The notes: generated from the sequence alone by a model not told the origin. Counted from the stretch's first letter, positions 29,592-39,273 are shown. The stretch: 64,000 nt of DNA from Candidatus Latescibacterota bacterium (GCA_963791045.1 CAWBQK010000015.1:192001-256000); one strand, 5' to 3'. Program-made: numbers and translations.

Positions 29592-32081
29592 TCATTTGAG
29601 AAGCACCATCTTCTTCGTGAGCGTTTGCTTCCCCGCGGTCAGGCGGTAGAAGTAGACGCCCGAACTCACGCGGTTTCCTGCGTTGTCCGTTCCATTCCAC
29701 GCGACATCGTTTGATCCCGTGGGCATCTCTTCGTTCACAAGTGTTCGAATCAATTTGCCGCTGGCGTCGTAGACGTTGAGTGTCACCCAACCCGCTTTCG
29801 GCGACGTGAACGTGATCGTCGTCGATGGATTGAACGGATTCGGGTGGTTCTGGTTTAGAACAAGCTCAGAAGCGTCTATTGTGACTGAAATCGTTTGAGA
29901 GCTGATTTCCCCGCCATCGGCCAGAACCACTCCAAGGGTATACTCGTAGGAGCGTCCCGCACCCGTGCTTGTATCTCTGTACTCCCTAACGTCGGTTGGA
30001 ATTACACTATCCGCGTTAATGAGCTCTCTCACACCGTCTTCTCCAGCGCTTCGATAAATCTTGAATCCGATCACTTCTTCATCCGCCTGAATATCCCACG
30101 TGAGTTCAACGACGGATCCCGCGTTGTGGACCGAAAAACTACTGATAAAAACCGGCACTGGAGCCATGAATACAATGTTCGTCGTACCCGTATACACCAC
30201 TCCCGATATTCCCTGCGGAGTCACACGGTACGTTACCGCCTGCGCCGTGGTCTCACTTATAGCGGGCACAGCAAGCGCAGCTGCCGGAGGGGAAAACGAT
30301 TCGCCCGGTGCCAGCACAGGAGTCGTTCCCGCTAGTGATACAGGATCGCCGTTGTCATCAAGGATTGCTGGACCTGTTGTGAGAACTTCATAACGGAATG
30401 AGAAACTTTCCCCCCACGACTTGTTCTCGATACTGAAACCCGAGAGCGGGAGAACTGGAATCGCCGTATAAGGCGCGATAACCTGATCAGCCGGGTATGT
30501 TGCATCCAAAACAACAGGGCGGTTGTAGAACACACAGACCACCCCTTCGTCATCTCCGCTTCCTATATCCTCGTTTGAAGCACCGACAGCCAGATCGTTT
30601 TTGCCATCACCATTAAAATCACCAACGGCGACCGAGAAGCCGAAATAGTCTTGGGGTTCCGGAGTTGCATAACCGGTGTCCCACTGGTCGAGGTCAAGCA
30701 TCGCCCAGTTTTCAAAATAATGGTAAGGAGGATCCCACTCATCCGCAAAAATCAATGTAACTTCGCCAGCGTCGGTATTTCCGGCAGGGTCGGCAAGGTT
30801 ACGTCCGGCGACAATGTCATCATACCCGTCACCGTTTAGATCCCCGGCAGCCAGGCCGTACTGGCCATTGCCTTCACGTGTTTCATCGAATTTATAGCGG
30901 CGAAGAGAATATCCCGTGACGGGGTCCGTGTCCCTGAAAAACCACTCGCCCCAATTAAGGAGAACATCCGCCGTACCAGAACTACCTCTAATGACGAGAT
31001 CTTCATACCCATCTCCGTCAAAGTCACCAGCCGCGAGAGAACAACCGAAACGATCTCCCTCGTATAGATACTTTCTGTGAATATGTTCATAATAGCCGGT
31101 ATTAGATAAATCCTCTATGGCAACAACGATTCCACAATTCTCTATTTCATCAGAGGAATCAAAATCTTTGTCCCACCCTGGAACTCCTATTGCAAGTCCG
31201 TTGTTACCGACGCTGGCTAAGGAAGACCCAAAAAGAAATTCCGGACTAGGGCCAAGACACTCCCAATCTAATAAGAAATCAAGCGGATCCAATACTTCAT
31301 TGGCAAACAATCCGTGTGCCCAGTTACTGTAGGAACTTCCCTCGACAATGGCAACAGTCCCGAGATCATCGTCCTCCCACAAACAGCCGTTTCCAAGATC
31401 TTCGCCCGGCGATCCTATGGCAAGATCATCATATTGGTCGTCGTTTAATTGAACGACTGCCAGGGCGTAACCGAAACGGTCATCTGCCTCGAGGGACATA
31501 TCGCTCATGTCATCTTGGGAAAACCAGACCGCTGATGCGGGTCCTTCGTTCAGGCCCGCAGCACTGCCAAAGATGATGGTGACACATCCCGCATTGGTCT
31601 CCCCAGCAATGTCGTCGTACGGAGCCCCAGCGGCCAGATCGTCGTAGCCATCTCCGTTAAAGTCACCGCAAGCAAGGGCAAAACCAAACTGATCCCCGGC
31701 TTCAATGTTGCCGCCGGCAACCGTTTGAAAAAAATAGACTCCTGGCCAGTCGGGATCGCCGCACAATCCATTCGCACTCCCGTAAGCTATCAAGACAACG
31801 CCAGCGTTCGACTGACCTGATTGGTCCTCAAGCGGGCATCCATTGGCGAGATCCTCGTAGCCGTCCCCGTTGAAGTCACCGACCGCAGTAACCATCCCAA
31901 AATGGTCGTTGACTTCTGGGAGTCCGCCAAAATCAGCCTGAGTGAGCATTGCAGGCGGGAGGCCACTGGTTGAACTGGTCTTAATCTGTCGCTCGTCTCC
32001 AATTCCATTCGCGGCGGTTGCGGGCGGCACAATCACAACGAAAATCAAGAGAATTAGCGCGGGAAGCATGAATCGATTCAT
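29592..32081 (-). CDS. Secreted FG-GAP (integrin-alpha-like beta-propeller) protein with FlgD-Ig/T9SS-type CTD
   Basis: Repeated FG..LA.GDFNGDGYDDLA.GAP motifs; QNHPNPFNP...KKMVLLK; GGAGGA RBS before ATG 32081. Confidence 0.9.
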   Translation of the reverse strand: MNRFMLPALILLIFVVIVPPATAANGIGDERQIKTSSTSGLPPAMLTQADFGGLPEVNDHFGMVTAVGDFNGDGYEDLANGCPLEDQSGQSNAGVVLIAYGSANGLCGDPDWPGVYFFQTVAGGNIEAGDQFGFALACGDFNGDGYDDLAAGAPYDDIAGETNAGCVTIIFGSAAGLNEGPASAVWFSQDDMSDMSLEADDRFGYALAVVQLNDDQYDDLAIGSPGEDLGNGCLWEDDDLGTVAIVEGSSYSNWAHGLFANEVLDPLDFLLDWECLGPSPEFLFGSSLASVGNNGLAIGVPGWDKDFDSSDEIENCGIVVAIEDLSNTGYYEHIHRKYLYEGDRFGCSLAAGDFDGDGYEDLVIRGSSGTADVLLNWGEWFFRDTDPVTGYSLRRYKFDETREGNGQYGLAAGDLNGDGYDDIVAGRNLADPAGNTDAGEVTLIFADEWDPPYHYFENWAMLDLDQWDTGYATPEPQDYFGFSVAVGDFNGDGKNDLAVGASNEDIGSGDDEGVVCVFYNRPVVLDATYPADQVIAPYTAIPVLPLSGFSIENKSWGESFSFRYEVLTTGPAILDDNGDPVSLAGTTPVLAPGESFSPPAAALAVPAISETTAQAVTYRVTPQGISGVVYTGTTNIVFMAPVPVFISSFSVHNAGSVVELTWDIQADEEVIGFKIYRSAGEDGVRELINADSVIPTDVREYRDTSTGAGRSYEYTLGVVLADGGEISSQTISVTIDASELVLNQNHPNPFNPSTTITFTSPKAGWVTLNVYDASGKLIRTLVNEEMPTGSNDVAWNGTDNAGNRVSSGVYFYRLTAGKQTLTKKMVLLK

Positions 32082-32715
32082 CGAAATTTCCTCCATGAAG
32101 AAGACACATCGTCTACGTCGAGTCGACACGGCAGGTTCTTACGGAATTGTTTATGGATCGTGCGGGAACGGAAGAATTTGAGGCTGTTCAATCTCATCGG
32201 TGTAAGCGCGATTCCGTTTTAAAATCTATACGAGCGGACTTTAGGGTCGGATAAACAAGCTGAACAACTGCGCGTTTGGTATCCGGCAGTTGTCGCATGT
32301 GCTCGTCAGAACGCCAGAGTTGTTACCAATTGTATCACAATCTCTTTAAAATTACCACCCCTGTAAAACCTAACGTTGTGAAACACACAATAAAAGCAAG
32401 TTTAGGGACGTGGTGATTCGTGATGTATCGTCGCAAATGCGTTTTCGAACGACTGCGAACAAGCGCGATCGATTTGTTTGTAAGTATAATCCTAAAAATT
32501 TTGCGACGTTATCGCCCGATACAGTCTTTTTGAAGATTCTCGCGCTTACGGAAAACTGATACGTGAGATAAAGTCCTGCTCTTGGCGCGACGCGATCGTC
32601 AACTTCGGTCTGATCTAGAACGTTGAAGGCAGACGAACACATACATAAACAAACGCCTAGACGATGAACGCCAGGTTTGAATCAGAGAAGACCGTCCCGT
32701 GCCAAATCCAAACTG

Positions 32716-32790
32716 GTAGAGTAGCCTCGCCCGGGTACTCAGACGAGGCCCTCGCCAGAACCGTACATGGAGATTGCGACCACTCACCCC
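32716..32790 (-). mobile_element. Group II intron 3' remnant (partial DV plus DVI)
   Basis: Minus strand AATCTCCATGTACGGTTCTGGCGAGGGCCTCG...CGAGGCTACTCTAC; ends in AC; no RT gene nearby. Confidence 0.65.
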
Positions 32791-32799
32791 GTTTGAGAT

Positions 32800-32937
32800 A
32801 TACTGGCGATTTTTTAGTGTAAGATAACTGTAAGATGGGGGTTTTCGGGGGAATCAGCGAGCGCCGTAAGTCGTTGTAGAATATGGAGCTGGGGAACGGA
32901 ATCGAACCGCTGACCTACGCATTACGAGTGCGTTGCT
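32800..32937 (-). repeat. att-like element, copy 2
   Basis: Homolog of 27316-27426; arm repeat TGTAAGAT-AAC-TGTAAGAT; CAA-N4-TTA IHF-like core; tRNA fragment. Confidence 0.8.
32884..32937 (-). pseudogene. 3' fragment of tRNA-Thr(CGT)
   Basis: AGCAACGCA-CTCGTAA-TGCGT-AGGTC-AGCGG-TTCGATT-CCGTT-CCCCAGC-TCCA; the 5' acceptor strand and D arm are absent. Confidence 0.8.
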
Positions 32938-33303
32938 TGGGCAGAGGTCAATCTGTTGATAATGCTGCAATTATAAAATGAACCAGATTGTTATGGGGAT
33001 TTCATATTTGGTCATTGGCACGACCGTGGTAATAGTGGACCATGCCGGATTCGATCGGCCAATGCTTCTTAACGCCCGTCAGTTTTTGCACTATACTATG
33101 ATCGACCGCCGATTATCGTCCGGCGAAGTTCCGGGGATACACGGCGCCAGAAAGGCTGAAGGGCAACCGCGCCGCGGGACGACATACCACTGCAACCTGG
33201 CGTTCACTCCGATTGTTTTTGATTACTCATCCTGTGTAACAGTTTCTTCCGCTTGTTGTCCTCTCACCACTCATACACGAACAAACCACCCAGGATGGTT
33301 TCG

Positions 33304-33855
33304 ATGAAATTACTAGCAGCGATCGTGATCGCGGTACTCATCTTCGCTCCGCCGGTCTTCGGACAGGCGGGCGCTCTCCTTCTTGCCGATGACGACCAGG
33401 GAAATGATTGCGACCTCGAGGATAAGACCGCGGGAATCCGTTCGTTCAAGGTGATACACGTGTCGGCCTCGGGCGTGACGGCAAGTATGTTTTCGGCCCC
33501 GATACCGGCGTGTTTTACAGGCACGTGGCTCTCCGACACGGCCCCTTTCCCCGTCACGGTCGGCGATTCGCAATTCGGCGTCGCGATCGGTTACGGGTCG
33601 TGCCTCTCGAGCCCGATCCATGTCTTGACGATTAATTATTTTTGCCAGGGCACGTCAGAGAACTGCTGCTACTACCGGATTCAACCCCACCCGGATGTTG
33701 AATCAGGCGAAGTCGAAGTGGTCGACTGTTACGAATCGCTTCAACCCGGTTTTGGCGGCCGTGCCGTCGTCAACCCGACGTCGAGCTGCCCGTGCGGGCC
33801 ACCAACACAGGACTCGACCTGGGGCAGAGTCAAGTCGCTGTACGATCAGCCATAG
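33304..33855 (+). CDS. Secreted Cys-rich protein with TWGxxKxxY tail
   Basis: Signal peptide; ends PPTQDSTWGRVKSLYDQP. Confidence 0.8.
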   Translation: MKLLAAIVIAVLIFAPPVFGQAGALLLADDDQGNDCDLEDKTAGIRSFKVIHVSASGVTASMFSAPIPACFTGTWLSDTAPFPVTVGDSQFGVAIGYGSCLSSPIHVLTINYFCQGTSENCCYYRIQPHPDVESGEVEVVDCYESLQPGFGGRAVVNPTSSCPCGPPTQDSTWGRVKSLYDQP

Positions 33856-34027
33856 AAATCAAAAGGACGCCGCAACGCGTGAGGCAACATTTCCTGCTCG
33901 GATTCGTATAGATAAACAGGTGACAAGCTTATGGGTGAGCTGGGCGACCATCCGTCGCTCTGGATGGAGTTTGAGTGTCTTTTTTCATCCTGTTGCCTGG
34001 GATACCTGCTCGAGACAACACATCGCG

Positions 34028-34092
34028 ATCGTGGGATGCCCGACACCGCAAACCGGATGATGGGCATCCCCGCGACCGTGATTTTTTTTGAT
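34028..34092 (+). terminator. Hairpin plus T-tract
   Basis: GGGATGCCC...GGGCATCCC followed by a T run. Confidence 0.45.
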
Positions 34093-34190
34093 TGCCCGGC
34101 CGCTGATAAACTGGTCACAGACCACCGCAAACCAACGCCACCAATAACCCATTACCAATAAAACAATTAAAAAACACCTGCAATAAATCT

Positions 34191-34230
34191 TAGTGTATTA
34201 CTTGACATATACACTAATGCAGTCTATACT
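34191..34230 (+). promoter_or_regulatory. Sigma70 promoter overlapped by a GntR(YtrA)-type operator
   Basis: TTGACA(34202)-N17-TATACT; palindrome TAGTGTAT-N10-ATACACTA 34191-34216. Confidence 0.75.
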
Positions 34231-34312
34231 GCTTTCAGAAGCAAATGATAAACGCCACACGCCTGCGGGGTCGCGCGAAAGAGGCGGCCGGACCGGTTGG
34301 AGGAGGTTGAGA

Positions 34313-34690
34313 ATGAAACGGATACTCCCACTAATGATGCTCGCGGCTCTTATCGCCATCACGACCCACGCGGGCCCTCTGGAGATAGACGGCAGCCGGA
34401 TTTCCCCGCTTTCCAGCATAGAAAGTATCGGGTCGCTTGAAATCCACCTCAAGATCCGAATCATACCCGATTCCACACAAGGTACACGGGTTGTGATTAT
34501 CGATGAGGATGGCACAAACGAGACCGCATATGTTCCGGCCTCGGCCGGGCGAAGAATCACGACATCGCGCGGAGACAAGAACCACTCCCCAATCGGCGGA
34601 GTGCGGGATGGTTTCGCTATCGCGCGGGCATTGCGGTGCGCGGCAAGAGCGCTCTTCGATTTTCTCATTTCACATACCACGGGCAGTTGA
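34313..34690 (+). CDS. Hypothetical exported protein
   Basis: GGAGG RBS; signal peptide MKRILPLMMLAALIAITTHA. Confidence 0.55.
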   Translation: MKRILPLMMLAALIAITTHAGPLEIDGSRISPLSSIESIGSLEIHLKIRIIPDSTQGTRVVIIDEDGTNETAYVPASAGRRITTSRGDKNHSPIGGVRDGFAIARALRCAARALFDFLISHTTGS

Positions 34691-34701
34691 GAGGACGCAC
34701 A

Positions 34702-35130
34702 GTGCTGATCGTTGTAGACCCACATAGCGGCGTTCCCGTTTACCGGCAGATCATCGACCAGGTGAAGTTCCACGTGGCGAGCGGCCTTCTGAAACCAGGC
34801 GACGAACTGCCATCGACACGCGCGCTCTCCTCCGAGCTCGGCATCAACCCGATGACAATTAGCAAGGCGTACAGCTTCCTCGAACGTGACGGCGTGGTCG
34901 GGAGACGTCCCGGTCGCCAGCTCGTCGTCAACGAATTCAAGAACGGCGAAATCGGTGACAAAAAAGAGATTCAACTTCGCGATAGCCTGTCTCAGACCAT
35001 GACCATCATCAGACAGCTCGGAATCGAAAGACAAAAAGCGCTCGATATTTTCACGGAAATACTCGACCAAAGCGGAACCCGCACCCGAGACGCGGAACCG
35101 CGCACACATATACCAGAGGACGAGGAATGA
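34702..35130 (+). CDS. GntR-family (YtrA-like) regulator
   Basis: VPVYRQII..LKPGDELPSTRALS.ELGINPMTISKAY; short C-terminus. Confidence 0.9.
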   Translation: MLIVVDPHSGVPVYRQIIDQVKFHVASGLLKPGDELPSTRALSSELGINPMTISKAYSFLERDGVVGRRPGRQLVVNEFKNGEIGDKKEIQLRDSLSQTMTIIRQLGIERQKALDIFTEILDQSGTRTRDAEPRTHIPEDEE

Positions 35131-36021
35131 ACCCGATAATCGAATTCAACGATATCCACAGGGCGTACACACGAGGCGTCGATGTCCTCCACGGCGTCAC
35201 ATTCTCCATCGAGCCCGGGGAAGTCGTCGGGCTCCTCGGAAAGAACGGTGCGGGAAAGACAACGCTTGTCCGCATTGCCATGGGGATGATCGAAGCTCAA
35301 AAAGGCCGCGTGAGCCTCTTCGGGATGGACCCCAGGACGCGCGCCGTCGAGGTCAAGAAGCGCGTCGGCTACGTGTCCGAGGACCAGATCCTCCCCGAGT
35401 TCATGAGGGTCGGGGACATCATCCGCCTTCACAAGGGGCTCTTCCCCGGCTGGGACGAGGCGCTCGAACGCGAGCTCACCCGGAAATTCAACATCCCGCT
35501 GGGGGCGAAGATCAAGTCGCTCAGCAAGGGACAGGCCCGCCAGGTGGCGCTTCTCTGCGCGGTGGCCCACAAACCCGAGCTTCTGATTCTCGACGAGCCC
35601 GCCGGAGGGCTCGACCCGGCCGCGCGGCGCGAGTTCCTCGAGACGTCGATCCAGCTCCTGAACGAAGCGGGGACGACGATCCTCTTCTCGTCGCACTATA
35701 TGTCGGACGTTGAGCGTCTCGCCGGACGAATCGTCATGATCCACGAGGGAGAGGTCTTGATCGACACGGATATGGACGCCCTCCGCGAAGGACATTCGCT
35801 CGGTTCTCGTCCCCCACGGTCCCAGCGTGACCCTCGAGGCGCTCGCCGCAGTCGACGGGTGCATCGGGGTGAGAGAGCGCGCCGATTCCCTTCACGGCGT
35901 TTTCCGCTTCGATCCCGCCATGTCGCGGCGCTTGATCGAGGACGGGCTCAAGGTGTCCGGAGTGGTTTGCCGTGACGTTTCCCTCGAGGAGATGTTCATC
36001 GAGCTTGCTGGGGGTCAATAA
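35127..36021 (+). CDS. ABC transporter ATP-binding protein (YtrB-like), frameshift near 35810
   Basis: GKNGAGKTT, LSKGQ, LILDEP, SSH; tail VSLEEMFIEL in another frame. Confidence 0.88.
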
Positions 36022-37826
36022 TGGACTGGGCGCTTCTCAGAAGAAATCCGGCGATCCGGACGCTTCCCCGCACCGGACTCATTGTGCTCGGGCTCGCCGG
36101 CCTCTTGACTATGATCCGGCTTGCGCTGATCGGAGCGGGAAAACTCGCCGCATCGAATGGCGGCATCGTCGAGGCCGCGGTCGTACTCGCCATCATTTGG
36201 TTCCCCGTTGCCTCGTTCCTGCTCTACGCCGGCGCGTTAAAACGGTGTGCTCGTCTCGACCTCGCGCTTCCCTATCCCGCCCGGACGCTCTGGTCGCACA
36301 ACCTTGCCGGGATGATCGTCACGGCCTCCGTGATGGTTGCGATAACTGCCGGCATGATGGGCGTCCAGGAAGTGGGCATCCGCAATTGGTTCCTGGGCCG
36401 CTGGGACACACCCGGTCTGAATGTGTTCGAACTGCTCCCTCATGTGTTCGGGATCCTCACTCTCTCCGCCGTACTGCTTCAGACCTTCAGACCGGCGCGT
36501 TTCAAGATCGGCTTCGACCGCCGCTTCGCCGCCGCGGCGACCGGCGTCATCACCGGCGGATTCGCAGCGAGTCTCGCGATGTGCCATCTCCCAGCCGCGG
36601 TATCGCTCGTCCCCGTCGCGGCCGGAATTATGATCGCCGTCCGGGCGCACCGGCGGCTGCCGGAGGCGCTCGATTTCGCCCCGGTCCCGCCGGAAGGCGA
36701 GGCGGCGCCCGTGGCCGTGACAACGGCGACGTACAACGGCAATCCGGCGACCGGCGCGCTTCGTCAGGCGATCGTTTTTCAGACAGTGTGGGGCTGGTGG
36801 TCTCTCGTCTATTTCCCGTTCATCGTTATCATGGGACTTCTACTCGCCGGGCTGCCGAACGCGCTTGTTGACGAAGTCGACACCCGTTTCGCCAATATTG
36901 CAATCATCTGGTACATGCTCCTTGCCCTCTTCCCCAACGTGATGAAGAAGCTACACCCTCTCGACGCGCTCCCAATCGCGAGAAAACAACTGTTCGCCCA
37001 CCTGATGCTCCCGGGGATGGTCTTTCTCGCGCTCGGATACGGAGCGAGCGAGATCGTGGTCGCCCTCAAGAACGTCGAGGGAGAAAGCATCCGTTTCTGG
37101 GAAAAAGACGCACATTACTACCTGTCGATACCCATGGAAAAATGCGAGATATCGTGGGACGGGTCGCCGCGCGTTAACATTTCGCCCGCGGGGGAAACGC
37201 ACGATGCGTGGAGCACATCGGTGACGGAAGCCGCGCCGATCACGATTTACTCGCCGTTCAGCACCCCGCCGGGAAGCTCGATCGATTTCGTAGCGTGGCA
37301 GCTGTCGAGGGCCGTCGAGGCCGTGTACGGAGAGATCATCCATCCGGAAGAGCTCGCGGCTGCGTATCTGGAAATCGACGAAACGGGCGGCGTGGCGCCG
37401 CGCGGCGGGATGCTTACGATCCACGCCGATCATCCGGAGTTTCGGAGGATAGGCGTGCGCGGCATGTTTCCGTTTGCGTTTGTCCTGGCGATCGTGCCCT
37501 ATCTGCTGCTCGCGCTGGTCTATTTCCGGGCGTTCCGTCCCGGCGCCGGGAGCGCGCGCCCGAAATGGACGATGGTTGCAATCCTCGCGGCGACGTTTGG
37601 CCTCCACATGCTGGTCAATCTCGGCGGCGTCGCGAAATGGTTCAACATCTGGTCGGCCACCGCGTTCGTCGAGATACTGATGCGACACGCGACGAATGCC
37701 ATCCTCGGCGGAGCCCCGACGGTGTGGTTTCTGTGCGGCATCGCCATCGTGGTGGTATACAAGCTGGTCGAGAGAGGTTTCGAGCGGATGGAGTTCCCGC
37801 TTCCCGCCCGCAAGCCGGTTGACTGA
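36021..37826 (+). CDS. Polytopic membrane protein, probable ABC permease
   Basis: Many TM segments with one large soluble loop; translationally coupled to the ATPase gene. Confidence 0.7.
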   Translation: MDWALLRRNPAIRTLPRTGLIVLGLAGLLTMIRLALIGAGKLAASNGGIVEAAVVLAIIWFPVASFLLYAGALKRCARLDLALPYPARTLWSHNLAGMIVTASVMVAITAGMMGVQEVGIRNWFLGRWDTPGLNVFELLPHVFGILTLSAVLLQTFRPARFKIGFDRRFAAAATGVITGGFAASLAMCHLPAAVSLVPVAAGIMIAVRAHRRLPEALDFAPVPPEGEAAPVAVTTATYNGNPATGALRQAIVFQTVWGWWSLVYFPFIVIMGLLLAGLPNALVDEVDTRFANIAIIWYMLLALFPNVMKKLHPLDALPIARKQLFAHLMLPGMVFLALGYGASEIVVALKNVEGESIRFWEKDAHYYLSIPMEKCEISWDGSPRVNISPAGETHDAWSTSVTEAAPITIYSPFSTPPGSSIDFVAWQLSRAVEAVYGEIIHPEELAAAYLEIDETGGVAPRGGMLTIHADHPEFRRIGVRGMFPFAFVLAIVPYLLLALVYFRAFRPGAGSARPKWTMVAILAATFGLHMLVNLGGVAKWFNIWSATAFVEILMRHATNAILGGAPTVWFLCGIAIVVVYKLVERGFERMEFPLPARKPVD

Positions 37827-37904
37827 CCGGTCCGCGCGAGGACATGCTCCAGACGTCCCCGCTTTCACTTCCCCTCGCCCGGTTCCGTTGCTATATTTAC
37901 CGGT

Positions 37905-39128
37905 ATGAACGATGGCCCGGACATAAACGAACGCTACGGCGGCACTATTATCACCCATGTCAAGATGCACCGGCAGTCGCTGGATCCGCGCAAGCGCGAC
38001 TTGTCACCGACGGTACTCGATTTTGGCCCGGTTCGTTTTGCCCTCGCCCGGCACTTCGGCTTTTGTTTCGGAGTGGAAAACGCCGTCAAGATCGCCTACG
38101 AAACACTAACCACGCACCCCGACCGGCGAATATTCTTCTTGAGCGAGATGATCCACAACCCGAAGGTCAATGGCGACCTTCACGACCAGGGGGTTCGATT
38201 CATATTTTCGCCGCACGGCAAACAGCTTATTCCCTGGAAGGAGCTCGGGGCCGACGACATCGTAGTCGTCCCCGCATTCGGCACCACGTTGGAGATGGAA
38301 CAAGAGCTTTCCAAACGCGGCATCGACCCATACAGCTATAACACCACGTGTCCCTTTGTCGAGAAGGTCTGGAAAAGAAGCGGAACACTCGGCGAGCAGG
38401 ACTACACGGTGATCGTTCACGGCAAAGCGGCACACGAGGAAACCCGCGCGACGTTCTCACATAGTGTCCAGAGCGCCCCGACCGTGATTATTTTAAACCT
38501 GGAAGAGGCGAACGTTCTCGCCGACGTGATAAAAGGCGACAAAACAACGGAGGATTTCTTCACACACTTCGGCCATAAGTGCTCCATAGATTTTGATCCG
38601 GCAATCGACCTGGCAAGAATCGGCATCGTCAACCAGACGACAATGCTCGCCGCGGAAACACGTGAGATCGCGGGTGTGCTTCGCGAAGCGATGATCGAAC
38701 GGTACGGGGAGGATGATATCGAAGATCACTTTGCCGACACGTCGGACACACTCTGTTACGCGACCAACGAAAACCAGAACGCGACCTACGCTCTTATCGA
38801 GCACGGTGCGGATATCGCCCTGGTTGTCGGTGGATACAATTCATCGAACACCTCGCACATAGCCGAGTTGTGCGAAGAAGCCCTTCCGACTTTCTTTATT
38901 CAAAACTCAGATGAAATCATCTCCGCCGACCGGATCCGTCACTATTCGCTCGGCAAGCGCTCAGCGATCACCACAGATAACTGGTTGCCATCGAAACGGC
39001 CCCTCGACATTATCCTCACCTGCGGCGCATCGTGCCCCGATGCAACACTCGACGACGTCCTGCAAAAGGTCCTGTCTTTCTTTGAAAACTCAGTCGCCAT
39101 CGAGGACATCCTGCGGAATTTTGAGTGA
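37905..39128 (+). CDS. ispH: 4-hydroxy-3-methylbut-2-enyl diphosphate reductase
   Basis: FGFCFGV, IHNP, PAFG, TTCPFV, HEET, NQTT, TLCYATNENQ, VGGYNSSNT, GASCP. Confidence 0.95.
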   Translation: MNDGPDINERYGGTIITHVKMHRQSLDPRKRDLSPTVLDFGPVRFALARHFGFCFGVENAVKIAYETLTTHPDRRIFFLSEMIHNPKVNGDLHDQGVRFIFSPHGKQLIPWKELGADDIVVVPAFGTTLEMEQELSKRGIDPYSYNTTCPFVEKVWKRSGTLGEQDYTVIVHGKAAHEETRATFSHSVQSAPTVIILNLEEANVLADVIKGDKTTEDFFTHFGHKCSIDFDPAIDLARIGIVNQTTMLAAETREIAGVLREAMIERYGEDDIEDHFADTSDTLCYATNENQNATYALIEHGADIALVVGGYNSSNTSHIAELCEEALPTFFIQNSDEIISADRIRHYSLGKRSAITTDNWLPSKRPLDIILTCGASCPDATLDDVLQKVLSFFENSVAIEDILRNFE

Positions 39129-39273
39129 TCGAAAAAAATTCGTGAAATGGCAAAATGGGATGATTCGCCGGAGAGATACCTCCACCTAACCCTATGAATT
39201 TTCTGTCGTAGTCCGTCTCATAGCCGATTCTCACAAAAAAAGACACGTTTTCCCGGGCCGAACGACATTGACG

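Larger units (their letters stand above)
28141..29593 (+). mobile_element. IS110-family insertion sequence, IS1111 type
   Basis: Perfect 16-bp subterminal IR ATATGGAACCGGCTGG 28145-28160 / 29577-29592; long right non-coding end; no target duplication seen. Confidence 0.9.

Noticed and set aside
32365-32515. Integron attC site (CCTAAC...GTTA)
   Set aside because: R and L boxes do not pair convincingly
32884-32960. Functional tRNA-Thr gene
   Set aside because: The 5' acceptor strand and D arm are absent; treated as an att fragment
33015-33030. Sigma54 promoter TGGCACG-ACCG-TGGT (and a similar one near 32690-32705)
   Set aside because: The -12 element does not fit TTGC
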